From the NCBI GenBank assembly GCA_964352605.1, contig CAYGTA010000037.1:1-18505 (forward strand): a stretch of 18,505 nucleotides of DNA, read 5' to 3'. Made by a program: the position numbers and the translations under genes. This stretch comes from an uncultured bacterium. Lineage in GTDB: Bacteria; Deinococcota; Deinococci; Deinococcales; Trueperaceae. Below, piece by piece: positions 15,357 through 18,505 of this stretch. Every line of letters begins with the position of its first letter. The stretch's first letter is position 1. Under the pieces are notes generated by a model. The model was given only the letters and a program-made list of their open reading frames with translations. It was not told the origin of the DNA and searched no databases.

Positions 15357-16472
15357 CTAAATCGATCTGTATGGGATGACGGTAACTGGCGCTCGCTACC
15401 TAGCCTAGAATCTGACATTGAGGCAGATGTTTGTGTAATTGGCTTAGGAGGCTCAGGGCTTAGCTGCATTTTAGAGTTAGTCGAGCTTAATCAGCGTGTG
15501 GTTGGTCTTGATGCTGGCATGATAGCTGGAGGCGCAGCAGGGCGTAACGGCGGATTTTTGCTGGCTGGTTTAGCTGCTTTTTATCATGAAGCCATAACTG
15601 CGCTTGGGCATGAGCGAGCCAAAGCTATTTACGCTTTAACTGTTTCACACATACAAAAGATTATCTCTGAAGCGCCACAGCTTTGTAAACAAACAGGGTC
15701 GCTGCGCATAGCGAGTTCTGAAAAAGAACTAGCGGATTGTGAAGCGCAGTACGACGCCTTAAAGAAAGATGGCTTTGACGTAGAACACTATGAAGGTCAA
15801 GAAGGTAAAGGCCTTTACTTTGCAACTGACGCAGTCTTTAACCCCTTACTACGCTGCAGAACGCTAGCAAAAAAAGCCATGCAAGAAGGCGTGCAGCTCT
15901 TTGAACATTCAAAAGTAATCAAACTAAACCAAAACCTAGTAGAAACAAAAGAAGCTCGAGTTCACTGCAAGCATATTATTGTGGCAATAGATGGCAAACT
16001 CGAGCTTTTGTTACCTGAGTTATCTGCTGAGGTTCGTACTTCTAGGTTGCAAATGTTAGCTACTGAAGCGCTGCCAGACATTATTTTTCCTAAGCCTGTT
16101 TACTTGCGTTGGGGGTACGAGTACTACCAGCAGTTAGCAAATGGCTCAGTTGCGTTGGGTGGCTTTAGAGATAAAGCTGAGGCTGAGGAATGGACCTTTG
16201 AAAGTGAGCCTAGCAAAGCTATTCAGGCTAGGCTCACTGAGTTTCTAAGGCGAGATTTAAAGCTTAGTGCAAAGGTTACGCACCGCTGGGCTGCGTCTGT
16301 GAGTTACTCAAAAACGGTGTTGCCTTATTTTGCTCAAGTGCGACCTTATGTCTGGGCAATAGGGGCTTACAATGGCACAGGTAATGTCTTAGGGGCGGTC
16401 TGTGGTCGCGCCGTAGCGCAACAAGCGATACTAGGGAAGTCAGAGCTTGCAGCCTTGTTTTTAGGGCCTTAA
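15354..16472 (+). CDS. FAD-dependent oxidoreductase of the DAO family, PuuB/OrdL (gamma-glutamyl-amine oxidase)-like
   Basis: 372 aa. Dinucleotide-binding DVCVIGLGGSGLS followed by GxxAGRNGG, as in PuuB/OrdL-type amine oxidases. 3' end overlaps the convergent hemolysin-III gene by 12 bp. Confidence 0.75.
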   Translation: MLNRSVWDDGNWRSLPSLESDIEADVCVIGLGGSGLSCILELVELNQRVVGLDAGMIAGGAAGRNGGFLLAGLAAFYHEAITALGHERAKAIYALTVSHIQKIISEAPQLCKQTGSLRIASSEKELADCEAQYDALKKDGFDVEHYEGQEGKGLYFATDAVFNPLLRCRTLAKKAMQEGVQLFEHSKVIKLNQNLVETKEARVHCKHIIVAIDGKLELLLPELSAEVRTSRLQMLATEALPDIIFPKPVYLRWGYEYYQQLANGSVALGGFRDKAEAEEWTFESEPSKAIQARLTEFLRRDLKLSAKVTHRWAASVSYSKTVLPYFAQVRPYVWAIGAYNGTGNVLGAVCGRAVAQQAILGKSELAALFLGP

Positions 16473-17150
16473 ATAAATAAGCATCATGAAGTAATGGCTT
16501 GCCCCCCCAGCCAAAACAAACAAATGCCAAAGTTCGTGGTGTCCAAAAACACCAGGGTAAAAGTTTGGTCTTTGTAAACCAAAGATAACTGCGCCTGCTG
16601 TGTAAAACACGCCACCCAACAGCAAGAGCATAACTGCTCCAGAGCTGAGCGTTTGGGTTAAAGGCCCAAGAACAAACAAAGCTAACCACCCCAAAGCAAC
16701 ATAAAAGCTAGTTGAGTACCAGTGGTTAAGGTCTAACCACCTCAATTTAACCGTCATGCCTGCAGCAGCTAAAAGCCAAACAAGCAAAAATAATCCCCAA
16801 CCCAAAAAGATATTATGCTCTTTTAAACGAAGTAAAGCTATTGGCGTATAGCTACCTGCAATTAAGCAAAAAATGCCAACATGATCGAGTTTTAGAAGTA
16901 AGCGTCTTTGCTGATTACTAACCTTAAAGCCATGCAGAGCACTACTTGCTGCGTAAAGAATGATAGAGCTTAAACCATAAACAATAAAACTATAAACGTG
17001 CAAGCTGTTACCCCAAGATAAAGCCACCAAAACAATAGTGCCGATTAGACTTAAAAAGACACCAAAAAGATGGGTTAGGCAATTGATGGGTTCATATAAG
17101 TACTGATCAAGAAGACGAATAAAGCGTGGTTTTAGCTCTAAGGTACTCAT
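16461..17150 (-). CDS. trhA: Hemolysin III / PAQR-family membrane protein (YqfA/TrhA-like)
   Basis: 229 aa, 7 predicted TM helices. PAQR His motifs: HLFG near the N-terminus, DHVGIF mid-protein, C-terminal HHELWHLFV. Confidence 0.8.
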   Translation of the reverse strand: MSTLELKPRFIRLLDQYLYEPINCLTHLFGVFLSLIGTIVLVALSWGNSLHVYSFIVYGLSSIILYAASSALHGFKVSNQQRRLLLKLDHVGIFCLIAGSYTPIALLRLKEHNIFLGWGLFLLVWLLAAAGMTVKLRWLDLNHWYSTSFYVALGWLALFVLGPLTQTLSSGAVMLLLLGGVFYTAGAVIFGLQRPNFYPGVFGHHELWHLFVLAGGASHYFMMLIYLRP

Positions 17151-17242
17151 AGGTCATTATGCCATTTTTACTTCAAAAGCTGCTCTTAATTATCACATAC
17201 TTTCTTAATACATGCTTTATAAACAAAGGCAGAAAGTTAAAT

Positions 17243-18217
17243 TTACTTAGCTATACTTGCTTTTTGCTCACCAACGCAAAGAATTGCATCTTTATCAATA
17301 TCATTTCTTAAAACCGCTAAAGCCATAACGCCAAAGTCAGGATGCCTAACCACAGTAGCTAAAACCCCAACCCGTTTATCATTGAGCAAAATATTCTTTT
17401 CAGATGTAAGACCACTTAGGCTAAGCTTAGTTAACTCACGACGCAAGTTCCCACGCGCTTCAATTCGGGCCATAATCTCTTGCCCCAAATAACAACCCTT
17501 AGTATAAGACACAGCAAACGCGAGCCCTACCTCTTGCGGCAAAACACCGCCAGCCGCCTCGGTGGCTGCCTTAGGAATAACAGCTAATACTCGAGCTATT
17601 TCCGCGGCCTCCTGACTGACTGTTTGAGCTCCTGCTTCAATCAAGGCACTAAGAAGCTGCTCAGCTTGTTCTTGTGCTATCAACAAGTCAAACCCACCCG
17701 CATTGCTTCGTTTAGAGCTGAGCATAATCAAATCACTGCCATTAAACACAGTTGTTTGCGCAGTACTGCCCTCAGGTAAAGGTGTAAACAAAGACTCGAG
17801 TGTCATCTGAGCTTTGGCTCCTTGGACTGAAAATGCCTGCAAGGAGATACGCTCTAAACTAACTTGGTCAAAAATAATGTGTCTTTTGAGTTGCTCTTGC
17901 ACTTTGTCAATATCATTATCTTCAATTAATAAGAGACAGTCTTCTTTTCGTCTAAGGACTTTCATTTGTGCCAAAGCATGCCCTTTATGATTCAACATAA
18001 GAGAGGCGTTAAAGCTGTTCTCAGCTAAGCCTTTAACAGTGTTACTTAGTTGACCATGTAAAAAGTCGAGCCTATCTGCACCTGTTACCCTTAAAACTTG
18101 GAGCTTAAGTAGATTAATAATGCCAAGCTTTTCTAGAGCTTCTAGTTCTTTTTTAAGGCTTCCTGATGGCATGCTTGCAGTGTATTGTGAGATTTCTAAA
18201 GGAGGAATAAAAGTCAT
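17243..18217 (-). CDS. ygfZ: tRNA-modifying / Fe-S cluster repair folate-binding protein YgfZ (CAF17 family)
   Basis: 324 aa with the family-defining KGCYLGQE motif near the C-terminus and a GcvT-like fold signature. Adjacent to a hemolysin-III gene, as in E. coli ygfZ-yqfA. Confidence 0.85.
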   Translation of the reverse strand: MTFIPPLEISQYTASMPSGSLKKELEALEKLGIINLLKLQVLRVTGADRLDFLHGQLSNTVKGLAENSFNASLMLNHKGHALAQMKVLRRKEDCLLLIEDNDIDKVQEQLKRHIIFDQVSLERISLQAFSVQGAKAQMTLESLFTPLPEGSTAQTTVFNGSDLIMLSSKRSNAGGFDLLIAQEQAEQLLSALIEAGAQTVSQEAAEIARVLAVIPKAATEAAGGVLPQEVGLAFAVSYTKGCYLGQEIMARIEARGNLRRELTKLSLSGLTSEKNILLNDKRVGVLATVVRHPDFGVMALAVLRNDIDKDAILCVGEQKASIAK

Positions 18218-18505
18218 GCTCTACAAGTAGCATAGCTTGGGCTTATAACCTGCAAGCTGCTTAACCAAGTTGATGTTTTTTAGGTAATAAATGTTTTTAA
18301 TAGCAGTTCCACAATAAACCTAAGTCGCTTGCTGCCTTTATTTTACTGACCAAATGTCAAACGAATTATCTGCTTTGCAGATAACTCATAGAAAAGCTAT
18401 AGGTTGTAGTTCTTTGACAAAGATGGGCTTAGTTAAACCCTTTATTTGTGCCAAACCAGATTACAGAATTTACCTTTGTTGATGAAATTGAGAAATGCTA
18501 GATAA

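Overview
This 18.5-kb window looks like ordinary chromosomal core DNA from a moderately AT-rich Gammaproteobacterium: composition is roughly 40–45% GC by eye, and gene order partly echoes the E. coli prfB / ygfZ–yqfA and tig–clpP–clpX neighbourhoods. I see no mobile elements, CRISPR arrays, tRNA or rRNA genes. Genes supported, in order:
- a possibly 5'-partial Asn-rich hypothetical protein or lipoprotein (+)
- moeB/thiF-family adenylyltransferase (-)
- a DUF2805/TIGR03643 small protein (-)
- prfB (+), with its classic programmed +1 frameshift; the ORF track shows only the post-shift part
- a tightly coupled metallophosphoesterase plus alkaline-phosphatase-superfamily phosphodiesterase pair (+), where lysS usually sits
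- clpX and clpP (-), tig (-) with its intrinsic terminator, and a YbfB-like MFS transporter (-)
- a YqiJ-like NfeD membrane protein plus YqiK-like flotillin pair (+)
- a RimB-like retropepsin, rimK and an AstE/AspA-family deacylase operon (-)
- a PuuB/OrdL-like FAD oxidoreductase (+)
- a hemolysin-III/TrhA family protein (-) and ygfZ (-)
The most striking signal that no gene call explains is a highly iterated octameric palindrome, RCTCGAGY. The XhoI core CTCGAG occurs 23 times, about 7-fold above a composition-based expectation, and every copy is flanked R…Y. All copies lie in coding sequence, in both Leu-Glu and Ser-Ser reading frames, using otherwise disfavoured codons. This resembles cyanobacterial HIP1 elements and suggests a motif-specific methyltransferase, repair or uptake bias. 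Smaller observations:
- a perfect 22-bp palindrome that contains the start codon of the FAD oxidoreductase
- a 25-bp tandem duplication upstream of clpP, sharing a GGAACGC core with a direct repeat upstream of the flotillin operon
- a 26-bp perfect palindrome between prfB and the phosphoesterase pair
- an AstE/AspA gene whose conserved N-terminus is in frame but has no canonical start codon
- a trigger factor with a degenerate PPIase domain and a poly-acidic insert
- an acidic DxDF-repeat loop in the YqiJ-like protein
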